Source of the DNA: Planctomycetota bacterium
GTDB taxonomy: Bacteria > Planctomycetota > B15-G4
Reading direction: 5' to 3'
Assembly: GCA_029259725.1 (NCBI GenBank)
Contig: JAJDER010000012.1
Coordinates: forward strand, 21,559-85,558
DNA: 64,000 bases
The position numbers were made by a program, and so were the translations under genes. Below, one piece after another: positions 44,663 through 53,479 of the stretch (the first letter of the stretch is position 1; the number at the start of each line of letters is the position of its first letter). The notes beneath the pieces were generated by a model. The model made no database searches. It saw only the letters and a program-made list of their open reading frames with translations, and was not told the origin of the DNA.

Positions 44663-46039
44663 ATGGTCGGTGTCGTGAACGACGCGCATGCTTCCCTCGA
44701 CGCCCTGGGAGTGGCCTGGCGACTCGGCGCGACGATCTTCTTCGTGTTCCTGAACGGCTTCTTCGTCGCGGCCGAGTTCGCGCTGGTGAAGGTCCGGCAG
44801 TCCCGCATCGACCAGCTGGCCCTGGACGGGAACCGGGCGGCCTCCCGGGTGAAGCACATCCTGCGTCACCTCGACCGCTACCTCTCGGCCTGTCAACTCG
44901 GCATCACGCTCGCGAGCCTGATCCTGGGTGCGTTGGGCGAACCGGCCGTCTCGGTCCTGCTGGTCGCCGCCGCCGAGGCGCTCGGCGTTCCCGTCGGGCC
45001 GGATGCGGGCTGGGTGTCGATCGTCTCGATCGTGCTGGCCTTCTCCGTGATCACGCTGCTGCACATGACCGTGGGCGAGCAGGCTCCGAAGATGTGGGCG
45101 CTACGCCGGTCGGAGGGCGTGGCGTTGGCCACCTCGACGACGTTGAGGACCTTCGCCTGGGTCTTCGGTCCCTTCATCGTCGCGATCAACCGGATCTCGA
45201 ACGGGATGCTGCGGGTCATCGGGTTGCCCGCCGATCTCGGTCACGAGGACAGCCACAGCGCCGAGGAGATCCGCAGCATCCTGTCCCTCTCGGCCCGCGC
45301 CGGGCACATCTCCGAGCACGAGTTGCAGCTGGCGGAGAACGTCTTCCGCCTGACCAAGCTCGAGGTTCGGCACATCGTGGTGCCGCGGGTCGAGATCGAC
45401 TTCCTGGTGCTGGATCACGCGCTCGAGAGCAACCTGGAGCGCATCCGGACCAGCGGGCACTCCCGCTTCGCGCTCTGCGAACTCGGCCTCGACACGATCG
45501 TGGGGGTGGTGCACGCCAAGGACGTCCTCGACGTGACGCTGCGCGGCGAGACGCCCGACTTGCAGGCGCTCGCGCGAGAGCCGCTGTTCGTGCCCGACAC
45601 GATGCCGCTCTCGAACTTCCTGCTCGAGCTCCAGGGGGCGAGAGAGCACGGCGCGGTGGTGCTCGACGAGCACGGGACCGCGATCGGACTCGCCTTCCGG
45701 GAGGACGCGCTGGAGGAGATCGTCGGCCCGCTCGGTGACGAGTTCGACGAGGACGAGTCGGAGATCCACGAGTCGGCCCAGGGCGTCTTCGAGGTGCGCG
45801 GCCGCGTCTCCATCCCCGAACTCGAGGACCGGCTGCGCTTCGACCTGCCCGAGGGAGAGCGCGAGGAGGAGGACACGATCGGGGGCCACATCACCGCGCG
45901 CCTCGGCCGGATGTCCAAGCAGGGCGACACGGTGCGCGTCGGGCCCTACGACGCGACGGTCATCGACGTCTCGGCCCGCAGCATCCAGCGTGTCCGCCTC
46001 TCTCCCGCGGCGCCGGACGTCGAACCAGACGACGCGTAG
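44663..46039 (+). CDS. CNNM/DUF21-CBS-CorC_HlyC family protein (putative Mg2+/Co2+ efflux, hemolysin-like)
   Basis: GGAGGA upstream of the ATG. N-terminal DUF21 TM region (FFVAAEFALVKVR), CBS pair and a C-terminal CorC_HlyC-like domain (GGHITARLGRMSKQGDTV). Confidence 0.85.
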   Translation: MVGVVNDAHASLDALGVAWRLGATIFFVFLNGFFVAAEFALVKVRQSRIDQLALDGNRAASRVKHILRHLDRYLSACQLGITLASLILGALGEPAVSVLLVAAAEALGVPVGPDAGWVSIVSIVLAFSVITLLHMTVGEQAPKMWALRRSEGVALATSTTLRTFAWVFGPFIVAINRISNGMLRVIGLPADLGHEDSHSAEEIRSILSLSARAGHISEHELQLAENVFRLTKLEVRHIVVPRVEIDFLVLDHALESNLERIRTSGHSRFALCELGLDTIVGVVHAKDVLDVTLRGETPDLQALAREPLFVPDTMPLSNFLLELQGAREHGAVVLDEHGTAIGLAFREDALEEIVGPLGDEFDEDESEIHESAQGVFEVRGRVSIPELEDRLRFDLPEGEREEEDTIGGHITARLGRMSKQGDTVRVGPYDATVIDVSARSIQRVRLSPAAPDVEPDDA

Positions 46040-46080
46040 CCGCCCATGCCGTGCACCGTCGGGTACGCGCCCCGCGGTCC

Positions 46081-47274
46081 TCAGAGGTTGGACGTCTTGA
46101 ACGTGTTGTCGATGTAGGTGTTTCCACCGGCGTCGTCGAACAGGTCGAACCCGCCGCTGCCGTGGGCCTTGTTCTCGGTGAACGTGTTGCCGCCGGCGTT
46201 CACCTCGAAGCCGTGGCCGTCCGCGCCCGAGGACTTGTTGCCCGTCGCGTCGAGCCCGGTGGCCTGCACGTCGAAGCCATCATCCCCGGTCTTGCTGGAC
46301 TTGTTGTCGGTGAGCGTGCAGTTGTCGCTGCCGTCGAAGATCCAGAAGCCGTCGAAGCCCGGCTTGATCGCCGTGTTCTTCGTGAGCGTGTGACCGCCGG
46401 TGCCGGCGCAGACGAAGGCGTCGTCCCCGGGCTTGGTGGCCGTGTTCTTGTCCAGCACCTGACCCGAGCCCTGGAGGTAGTAGGCGCGGAAGCCGGCCTT
46501 GATCACCTTGTTCTTGGTGAGCGTGTTGCCCGAGCCGTCGGTGATGTGGACACCGTCGTCGTCGGCGTCCTTGACGGTGTTCTTGTCGAGCTGGTTGTCC
46601 GTGCCGCCGATGGAGATGCCGTCCTCGCCGGCGTTCTTGACCGTGTTCTTGCTGTACCTCCCGTCATCCGAGTCGGTGCTGCTGATCGCGTCCAGGCCGG
46701 TGCCGTCGATGGTGTTCTTCTCGACCACGAGGTCGTTGCAGTCGGAGGCGGCGATCGCCGAGGTGCCGATGTCCTCGAACTTGCACTTCGAGATCTCGGT
46801 GTCGTTCGAGACCACCACGAAGATCCCGCGCCCCACGGTGTCGTCGATCCTGGTCTTCTCGATGCAGGTGTCGATGCTGTCCACGACGCTGATCCCGTCG
46901 TTGCCGATGTCCGAGAGGCGGAGCTTGTCGAGGTGCGCGCGGGTGCAGTCGTTGAGCGAGACCCCGTCCAGGACGGTGTTCTCGATGCGCAGCTTGCTCA
47001 GGGTGATGTCCGTCGAGCTGCTGACGGTGATCGCGGCGGTCACGCCGTCGAGCTCGATGGCCTGGACCACGACCTTGCCCTTGGCGCGGATGGTGAGGCT
47101 GTCCCGGCCGACGATCTGGAACGAAGTGTAGGTCCCGGACGACACGCGGATCTCGGCACCGTCGGGCGCCTCCTCGATGGCTTCCTGGATGGTCGGGAAG
47201 TCCTGGGGGACCTTGATGATGTTCTGGCCGGTCAGGCTCGCGACGACGAGCAGCAGGGCGAGGGCGACGCGCAT
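46081..47274 (-). CDS. Secreted right-handed parallel beta-helix (NosD-like) repeat protein
   Basis: Signal peptide MRVALALLLVVASLTG. About 15 repeats of roughly 22 aa of the form xNT(V/I/A)xxxGxDG(I/F). Confidence 0.75.
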   Translation of the reverse strand: MRVALALLLVVASLTGQNIIKVPQDFPTIQEAIEEAPDGAEIRVSSGTYTSFQIVGRDSLTIRAKGKVVVQAIELDGVTAAITVSSSTDITLSKLRIENTVLDGVSLNDCTRAHLDKLRLSDIGNDGISVVDSIDTCIEKTRIDDTVGRGIFVVVSNDTEISKCKFEDIGTSAIAASDCNDLVVEKNTIDGTGLDAISSTDSDDGRYSKNTVKNAGEDGISIGGTDNQLDKNTVKDADDDGVHITDGSGNTLTKNKVIKAGFRAYYLQGSGQVLDKNTATKPGDDAFVCAGTGGHTLTKNTAIKPGFDGFWIFDGSDNCTLTDNKSSKTGDDGFDVQATGLDATGNKSSGADGHGFEVNAGGNTFTENKAHGSGGFDLFDDAGGNTYIDNTFKTSNL

Positions 47275-47415
47275 GGTGGGGGACTCCGTCTCTTGCTCTT
47301 GGGGGGAGACAGCCTAGGGCTTGGGGCCCGGTGGCGCACGAACCGCGACCCGGTGGATTCGCGCACCCGCACGCGGCGACGGGGGAGCCCTCGGTGTCGA
47401 GGCGGGCTGCCGCCC

Positions 47416-48570
47416 CTACTCGAGCAACAGGCGCGTCAGTTCGCCGGCCACCAGGTCCGCCGCCTGCTCGTAGTTCGCGAGCACGATCAGCACGTGGCCG
47501 GTCGCCGGGAAGAGGTAGAACTCGGCGTTCACCCCGGCCGATCCGCCGTCGTGCCCGACGTGTCGGCCGTCGCCGGTGCCGAGGTCGAAGAACAGGTAGC
47601 CGTACCCCACGCCCGGATGGAGGTCGAGCTTCTTCGTGGTCAGCAACTCGAACATGGCGGGGGAGACGAGCGTGCCGTCCTGCAGCGCCAGGGCGAAACG
47701 ATGCATGTCGTCCACGGTCGAGTAGGACCCGCCGGCGGGGCAGCCGCGGCCCGGGTTCTCGTCGGCGCCGTTGCCACGGTGGCCGCGGCGGTCGGGCTTC
47801 TCGTAGCCGATGGCCTGGTCGTGGACGGGCTCGCGGATGGGCAGCCAGGCGGTGCGCTCCATCCCGGCCGGCTCGAACACGCGGCGGCGCACCACCTCGT
47901 AGTAGTCCTCTCCGGTCAGCGCCTCGATCATCAGGCCCAGCACGACCACACCTGAGTTGCTGTAACTCGATTCGGTGCCCGGCTTGAAGTCCAGCCGGCG
48001 CTTCACGAACAGGTCGACGTATTCGTGCAGGCCATCAGTCGCCGGACGCCCGGCGCGGTCCCAGCGGCTCCAGTAGTCCGGGATGCCCGAGGAGTGCGTG
48101 GCGAGCATGGCCACGGTCACCTGCTCGTGCACGTCTCGTCGCGGATAGTCGGGCAGGACCTCGCCGACGGTGGTGTGCCAGTCGAGCTCGCCGGCCTCCA
48201 CCAGCTGGCCCAGGGTGACGGCGGTGAAGGTCTTGGTGATGGACCCGAGGTTGAAGCGGGTGTCGAGCGTGTTGGGGTCCTCCGCGTCGCGATCGCGCAG
48301 GCCCCAGGCACCGCGCAGCAGCACCTGCTCGCCACGGGCGAGGAGCACGGCGCCGGAGAAGGTGTCGTCGGCGACGTGGCCCTCGACCAGAGTGCGGGCG
48401 CGGTCGGCCAGGTCGCGGTCGTCGGCGGACAGGGTGTCCGAGTCGTCGTGCTGGTCAGCGACCGGGGCGCCGGCGACGGGCACCGGCTCACCGGCGGACT
48501 CCTGCGCGGCGGCGCACACCGGCGGGAGGGCGAGGCCGGTGAAGAGCAGCGCGATGATCAGGATCGGCAT
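47416..48570 (-). CDS. Beta-lactamase-family serine hydrolase
   Basis: Signal peptide. SxxK motif in FNLGSITKTFTA. YSNSG motif. Confidence 0.8.
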   Translation of the reverse strand: MPILIIALLFTGLALPPVCAAAQESAGEPVPVAGAPVADQHDDSDTLSADDRDLADRARTLVEGHVADDTFSGAVLLARGEQVLLRGAWGLRDRDAEDPNTLDTRFNLGSITKTFTAVTLGQLVEAGELDWHTTVGEVLPDYPRRDVHEQVTVAMLATHSSGIPDYWSRWDRAGRPATDGLHEYVDLFVKRRLDFKPGTESSYSNSGVVVLGLMIEALTGEDYYEVVRRRVFEPAGMERTAWLPIREPVHDQAIGYEKPDRRGHRGNGADENPGRGCPAGGSYSTVDDMHRFALALQDGTLVSPAMFELLTTKKLDLHPGVGYGYLFFDLGTGDGRHVGHDGGSAGVNAEFYLFPATGHVLIVLANYEQAADLVAGELTRLLLE

Positions 48571-48795
48571 GTCGCGGCTCGTGGTGCCGAGGCTCGGCGG
48601 ATGGGCTGTGATGACGGGGCGGCGGTCGCCGCCAGGGACAGGGGGCCGCCGGAGGCCCGATCGTGACGGCGCCGGGCGTCGGATGGTGTGCGACGCGGCA
48701 GACGCGCCTCGACCGGGTGGCCGAGACCGGCGGCGCGCGCGGCGGCATCCGGGTGATGGACGTCGAGCGCGAGGGCCAGGCGCAGCCGGTGACGC

Positions 48796-49323
48796 TCACC
48801 CCGCCGCGAGCACCTCATCCAGCGCCGCGTAGACCGCGTCCGCGCCGCCGAACAGGGTGCCGAGGCTCGAGGTCCACGCCACGCGACCTTCCGCGTCGAG
48901 GATGACCTGCGAGGGCACGCCCTCGATGCCCATGGCCTCGGTGAACGTGTCGTCGGCGAAGGCCCAATGGAGCTCGAGGTCGGTGCCCTCGATGAACGCG
49001 CGGCCGGCGGCCGGGTTCTCGAAGGCGTTCACCGCGAGGACCTCCACACCCTTGTCGGCGTACTCCTGCTCGCGGGGGCTCATGTCACGCATGAGATCGA
49101 TGCACCCGCTTCAGGTGGAGCCCCAGAAATCGAGCAGCACGACCTTGCCGCGCAGGCTCGCCAGGGGGAGGTCGGTGCCGTCGAGGCTCGAGAGGGCGAC
49201 ATCCGGGGTCGGGGTGCCGATCTCCACCGTCGGTGCGAGCGCGATGCCCATGTAGACCATCATCCCGGCACCGGCGACGACGAGGAGAGCGAGCAGGCCG
49301 CCCACGATCTTGAGGATCTTCAT
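48796..49323 (-). CDS. TlpA/ResA-like thioredoxin-fold redoxin with an in-frame TGA at the first CxxC position (candidate selenoprotein)
   Basis: ORFs 49111-49323 and 48796-49092 are in the same frame. The junction reads KVVLLDFWGST-TGA-SGCIDLMRDM..., a U-x-x-C at the position where the family has WCxxC. The downstream part keeps family motifs (GVEVLAVN, GIEGVPSQVILDAEGRV). N-terminal membrane anchor. Confidence 0.7.
49079..49095 (-). promoter_or_regulatory. Possible SECIS-like hairpin downstream of the in-frame UGA
   Basis: RNA CUCAUG-CGUGA-CAUGAG (6-bp stem, 5-nt loop containing GU) begins 15 nt after the UGA at 49111-49113. Confidence 0.4.
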
Positions 49324-49415
49324 GGGCCCGTTGTATCACCGCGGCCGGGGGCGCGTCGTGACCCTCGCTCGACACGTCCCGGCGGGCTGCCGAGGCCCGG
49401 GGCGAGGAAGCGGCC

Positions 49416-49934
49416 CTAGAAGCTCGTCATGGGTGTGAGCTTGCCGGTCGCGGCGTCGAGCACGAAGGTGCGCGAGTTCTCGCCCTTCGACAGCGTGACC
49501 TGGCCACCGCTCACGGGGACGCCGCCGCTGTCGAAGATGCCGGCCTTGCCGGTGGCCCCGAAGCCCGCGCTGTCGATCTCCACCCCGGCCAGCTGGCCCG
49601 GCGCGGAGAACTCGATCACGTACGGGCCGTGGGTCAGCGGGTCGCGCGCCGGCGTGCCGTCCTGGCTCACGACGGCGAAGCGGTGGTTGTTCGTGTCGAA
49701 GACCACGCCGTGGGGCTCGGCCAGCGAGTACGAGAGGGTCTGCGCGACGGAGAACGCGTCCTGGAGCTGGATCTCGGCGCCGTCGAGCGCGGTGGCGTCG
49801 TCGATTCCACCCGGGATGCCGGCCACGGCCGTGAGCAGGCCGAGGACCGCGACGACCACGAGCATCTCGATCAGGGTGACGCCGGCGGTGGCGCGGCGTG
49901 CGGGCTCGCGCCCGTGCAGGGGGATGCGCGTCAT
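49416..49934 (-). CDS. Prepilin-type pseudopilin (GspH/FimT-like)
   Basis: N-terminal GVTLIEMLVVVAVLGLL cleavage/methylation motif. 172 aa. Confidence 0.75.
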   Translation of the reverse strand: MTRIPLHGREPARRATAGVTLIEMLVVVAVLGLLTAVAGIPGGIDDATALDGAEIQLQDAFSVAQTLSYSLAEPHGVVFDTNNHRFAVVSQDGTPARDPLTHGPYVIEFSAPGQLAGVEIDSAGFGATGKAGIFDSGGVPVSGGQVTLSKGENSRTFVLDAATGKLTPMTSF

Positions 49935-49938
49935 GGGG

Positions 49939-51045
49939 TCACGGTCCGTCCCAGTAGGTCACGATCGGAAGGAGGTCCTGGAGCGCCGTCGCCGGCGGGA
50001 TCACGGCCAGGGTGGCGGGTTCGGCGGTGGCGCCGAGCGCGAGTTCCCCGGACCAGTCCGGGGCCTTGCGGTCCTCGCCGAGCCTGTCCAGCAGGTCGGG
50101 GTCCGCGAGCTGCAGGTTCACCGCCGAGACGTTGCCGCCCAGGGCGCCGGCCTGGAGCAGCGCGAGATCGTGGGCGATGACGTCGCCGTGGATCTGCACC
50201 CGGGCCTCGCTGTCGCCGCTGGCGACGATGCCGTCCGGCAGCAGGATGGCCACGCCGGGGAACTCGTCGTGGGCGTCGATGCGCAGGTTGCCGTCGACCA
50301 GCACGCGGGGCGCGGCGAGCGCGTTGAAGTCACCGAGGTCCGCCTTGGAGATCACGTCCGCGGAGACGATCGCGCCGTGCAGCACGACGTCGTCGAGTTC
50401 GAGGTCCACGCCGTTGTGCACGATCATCAGGCCGCTCAGCTCGACGCCCGAAAGGCGCTGGGACGTCGAGTAGTGATGCAGGTCGAGAGCGCCGGAGGCG
50501 ATCAGGGTGTCCACCGTGAGCGGATCGAGGGTCGGCAGGCTGGAGGGCCCCGAGGGCTGGCTCGCGGCCTGGGGTCGCAGCGCGAGTTCGGCCACGCGCC
50601 GCGCGCCGAAGCCGTCCGCATCCACGGCCGAGACCTCGATGGACTGGGTGCCGCCGATCAGTGACGACACGCTGATGTGCGCGCTGCCCCCTGCGGACGG
50701 GACGTCACCGAAGACGTCCACGCCCGAGACGAGCGCCTGTCGAGCGCACTGCAGGCCGGAGTGACACGCCTCGCGCGACCCCAGCAGGGCCGGCGAAGAC
50801 ATGTTGCTGCGCTGCTCGACGACGACGTGGCGGCTGTAGACCGCGACGAGGCTGGCCATGAGCGACACGGTCACGAGCACCGCGATGAGCGTGAAGCCGC
50901 GCGTGACGCGGCGGCCACGCGTGATGCGGCGGCCAAGTGTGATTCGGTGGCCACGGGTGGCTCGGGAGCCGCCTGTGGCGCGGGGACCGCGGTGCCGCCG
51001 GGCGACGTCGTGTGCGCAGGTCGGGCGCGCTGGCAAGGGTGTCAT
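49939..51045 (-). CDS. Pseudopilin-like protein with a long Arg-rich repeat leader
   Basis: GFTLIAVLVTVSLMASL prepilin-like hydrophobic segment (Glu5 replaced by Ala). It is preceded by about 49 aa containing 6-aa repeats. ATG 51045 forms an ATGA overlap with the upstream gene. Confidence 0.65.
   Translation of the reverse strand: MTPLPARPTCAHDVARRHRGPRATGGSRATRGHRITLGRRITRGRRVTRGFTLIAVLVTVSLMASLVAVYSRHVVVEQRSNMSSPALLGSREACHSGLQCARQALVSGVDVFGDVPSAGGSAHISVSSLIGGTQSIEVSAVDADGFGARRVAELALRPQAASQPSGPSSLPTLDPLTVDTLIASGALDLHHYSTSQRLSGVELSGLMIVHNGVDLELDDVVLHGAIVSADVISKADLGDFNALAAPRVLVDGNLRIDAHDEFPGVAILLPDGIVASGDSEARVQIHGDVIAHDLALLQAGALGGNVSAVNLQLADPDLLDRLGEDRKAPDWSGELALGATAEPATLAVIPPATALQDLLPIVTYWDGP
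50901..50990. repeat. 18-bp tandem repeat (about 5 units, the first 3 well conserved)
   Basis: Units are gcgtgacgcggcggccac, gcgtgatgcggcggccaa, gtgtgattcggtggccac, gggtggctcgggagccgc and ctgtggcgcggggaccgc. They encode GPRATG-GSRATR-GHRITL-GRRITR-GRRVTR on the minus strand. Confidence 0.7.
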
Positions 51046-51554
51046 GGGGTGATCCACCAGTGGAAGGAGTCGATCTCGTCTCCGGCGTCCGCGATGTCGA
51101 CCTGGAGGCGGTAGAGCTTGGCGGCGTCGGGCGGGAGGCCCGCCGCGGGGTCGTCGGCCGTGGCCTGGGAGAGGTCGTCGACGGCGAACACGGAGAGCGA
51201 GACGGTCTGGCTCCAGCCGTCGAAGCCGTCGATGACGCTGCCGTCCGCGAGGATCGGAGGCGAGAAGCTGGCGCCCACCAGCGAGTCGAGAGCCAACACG
51301 TCAGCGGCGACGAGCGCGCCGGTGGCGCCGCTCGGTTCGCGCGGCAGGGCCTCGGCGAGTGCGTGGATCTCCTTGGCCATGAAGAACGCCGGGCCGTCGG
51401 AGGCGCCGAAGGCGGCATGGGTTCGCGCGGTGGCCGACATCGACCACGACACCGCGACGAGGGCGGAGCTCATGACCGCCGCGGTGATCAGCAACTCGGC
51501 CATCGTCAGTCCGGCGGTGCGGCGGCGGTCTCGCCCGAGGGGCAGGCGCATCAT
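51042..51554 (-). CDS. Prepilin-type pseudopilin
   Basis: Starts at ATG 51554 (MMRLPLGRDRRRTAGLTMAELLITAAVMSS). ATGA overlaps on both sides. Confidence 0.7.
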   Translation of the reverse strand: MMRLPLGRDRRRTAGLTMAELLITAAVMSSALVAVSWSMSATARTHAAFGASDGPAFFMAKEIHALAEALPREPSGATGALVAADVLALDSLVGASFSPPILADGSVIDGFDGWSQTVSLSVFAVDDLSQATADDPAAGLPPDAAKLYRLQVDIADAGDEIDSFHWWITP

Positions 51555-53104
51555 GGGGAGAGCTCCAGTAGCTGCCCGGGTACGGTGCCGAGCCACTCGG
51601 CGGGAACGCCGACCTGGCCCAGCACGCTGGCGGAACCGCTGACCGTCTTGCCGTCGTCCATCTCGAGCGTGAGGGAGAGCTGCGAGATCGGCGCGTGCTC
51701 CGCGGTCTGGGTGATCTGCTGCGCGCCCTCGAGGCGGAAGGGCACCTGCAGGTCCGCGGGGACCAGGTTGCCGCCGGCATCCGCGCTCTGCGCCACGCCC
51801 GAGTTGACCAGCGTGCCGCCGTCGAAGGCACCGAGGTGGACCGAGCCGGGACCCTGAAGGCTCATCACCAGGGTGTAGGCACGGCCCGGGAGCACTTCCG
51901 CGCCGAGCGGTGAGAGGTCCAGCGCGGTCTCCGCCGTCGGCGCGTTGATCACGAGGGTGTAGATGTCTTCGGGCGTCTCGTGCTGGCCGCAGCAACCGTA
52001 GTAGTCACCGTGGGCGAGGTGCGCGGGCACGGCGTTGGGAGAGATGGTGATCGAGTGCGCATTCGACGGGTTGCCGGGCGGGACGTGGCAGATCATGACC
52101 TTGCCGTTGGACGTCGAGTTGCTGCACTCGTCCATGTTGTGGGGGTGTTCGTCACCGTGCGGGCCTGGCTCGGTCTGCACCCACAGGGCCGAGCCGGAGG
52201 GCAGCGCGTAGGACGAGACCGAGGTGGAGGCGAGCATCGGGCCGACGGGGCGTGCGTCGTCGGGTGCGCGGGCCTCGTACAGCTCGAAGACGAGCAGCGC
52301 CTCGGGGTCCGGCGGCGGCGGGACCTCGCAGGCGCCCAGGGTGTCGCCGTGGGCCAGGTGAGCGTCGACGGCGTTGACGGACACGCTGAGCGTGTGCGCG
52401 GCGTCCGGGGTGCCCGGCGGGCTGTGGCAGATGTCGACCTTGTTGCCGTTGCCGTTGTTGGGGTTGCCGTCGTCGCCGACGATGGGCTCGTTCGGGTCCG
52501 GCGGGATGGCCGGCAGGTAGGCGATGGCCAGGACCAGCGTGGACAGGTAGGCGCTCAGCGCGTGCTCGTCCACGTCGGCCACGGTGTCGAAGTCGTCGGG
52601 CACGGCGGAGTCCATGGTGAAGCCCAGCGCGACGGGCAGCGCGGACTCGACGGTGAGTTCGTCGAGCGACGGGCCGGTCTTCTCCCACCACGCCCGGTTC
52701 TCGAACAGCGGCGCGTCCTCGCGCAGCCGACGCATGGGCTCGGCATGGATCGAGAAGTCGGAGACACCGGCGAGCAGCGTGCCGTGCGCGCCGGAGGGCC
52801 GCGTGATGCGCAGCAGTCCGTTGTCGAGGGCGAAGGTCGTGCGCGCGCCGAGGGCGTCGACGACGTCGAGCTGGTCGTCATCGGGTTGCTCGACACTCCA
52901 GCCGTAGCGCGCCATGTCGGTCATCAGCGCCACGGCCTGCTCGGGCCCGGTGTCGGCATCGACGCGCACCGATTCGAGATTGTCGCCGAAGAGTTGCAGG
53001 CTCGACGCGAGCGCCAGGAGCACCATGGCCGAGATGGCGGCGGCAACCAGCAACTCGAGGACCGTGAACCCCGGTGGGGATCGGCGGCTTGAAGGTAGGG
53101 GCAT
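51551..53104 (-). CDS. Large pseudopilin-like protein with a duplicated ICHxPPGxP...AHLAHGD Cys/His module
   Basis: Starts at ATG 53104 (MPLPSSRRSPPGFTVLELLVAAAISAMVLL). Two copies of a 40-aa module lie at residues 221-259 and 333-372. Confidence 0.7.
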   Translation of the reverse strand: MPLPSSRRSPPGFTVLELLVAAAISAMVLLALASSLQLFGDNLESVRVDADTGPEQAVALMTDMARYGWSVEQPDDDQLDVVDALGARTTFALDNGLLRITRPSGAHGTLLAGVSDFSIHAEPMRRLREDAPLFENRAWWEKTGPSLDELTVESALPVALGFTMDSAVPDDFDTVADVDEHALSAYLSTLVLAIAYLPAIPPDPNEPIVGDDGNPNNGNGNKVDICHSPPGTPDAAHTLSVSVNAVDAHLAHGDTLGACEVPPPPDPEALLVFELYEARAPDDARPVGPMLASTSVSSYALPSGSALWVQTEPGPHGDEHPHNMDECSNSTSNGKVMICHVPPGNPSNAHSITISPNAVPAHLAHGDYYGCCGQHETPEDIYTLVINAPTAETALDLSPLGAEVLPGRAYTLVMSLQGPGSVHLGAFDGGTLVNSGVAQSADAGGNLVPADLQVPFRLEGAQQITQTAEHAPISQLSLTLEMDDGKTVSGSASVLGQVGVPAEWLGTVPGQLLELSP

Positions 53105-53479
53105 CGACGTGTCCGAGTGGAGAGGGGGCTTCTCCCGAACAGATCGTCGGATTCGGGGCGAACCGAGTTGTGGGACCCCGGATTCCCCGCGTGCTTCGGC
53201 TCGCCGGCTGGAGGCCGCAGGGTGCCCGATTTCGGATGCTGAGGGCCGATTCGCCGTGGCTCCGGGCGCTCGGATCACGCTTCCGGGGTGTCGAGAGCCG
53301 CCGCGCCGCGCCCAAGACGGCTCAAGGCCACCTTGTCGGTTTACCGAGGCTCGTGCAGACTTTCCCGGTGGGGTTCGGTCCTATTGCAACGGCCGGCCCT
53401 TTTTTTCGGGCAAGCAATGATTGGGCACAGAGCCGGTATCGAGGTGTCTCCCCACGACCGGCGCAACCTCGGGCATGAC

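Noticed and set aside
36713-46039. Functional link between the ligase/peptidase locus and the flanking Mg2+-related genes (mgtE on one side, CorC/CNNM on the other).
   Set aside because: mgtE is convergent and CorC has its own RBS after a 64-nt gap. Adjacency alone is weak evidence, and both are common housekeeping transporters.
46081-47274. Visibly lower GC in the beta-helix gene as a sign of horizontal transfer.
   Set aside because: It can be explained by the Lys/Asn/Thr/Asp-rich repeat composition of the protein. There are no flanking mobility genes or repeats, and I could not compute composition statistics.
53385-53400. Sigma54-like -24/-12 element on the minus strand (AGGGCC-GGCCG-TTGCA), next to a T7/A7 run and upstream of the pseudopilin operon.
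   Set aside because: Only GG-N10-GC plus TTGCA match, and the rest of the -24 box is off-consensus. GG-N10-GC is frequent in GC-rich DNA. It lies about 280 nt from the start codon, and the only EBP-like protein in the window is degenerate.
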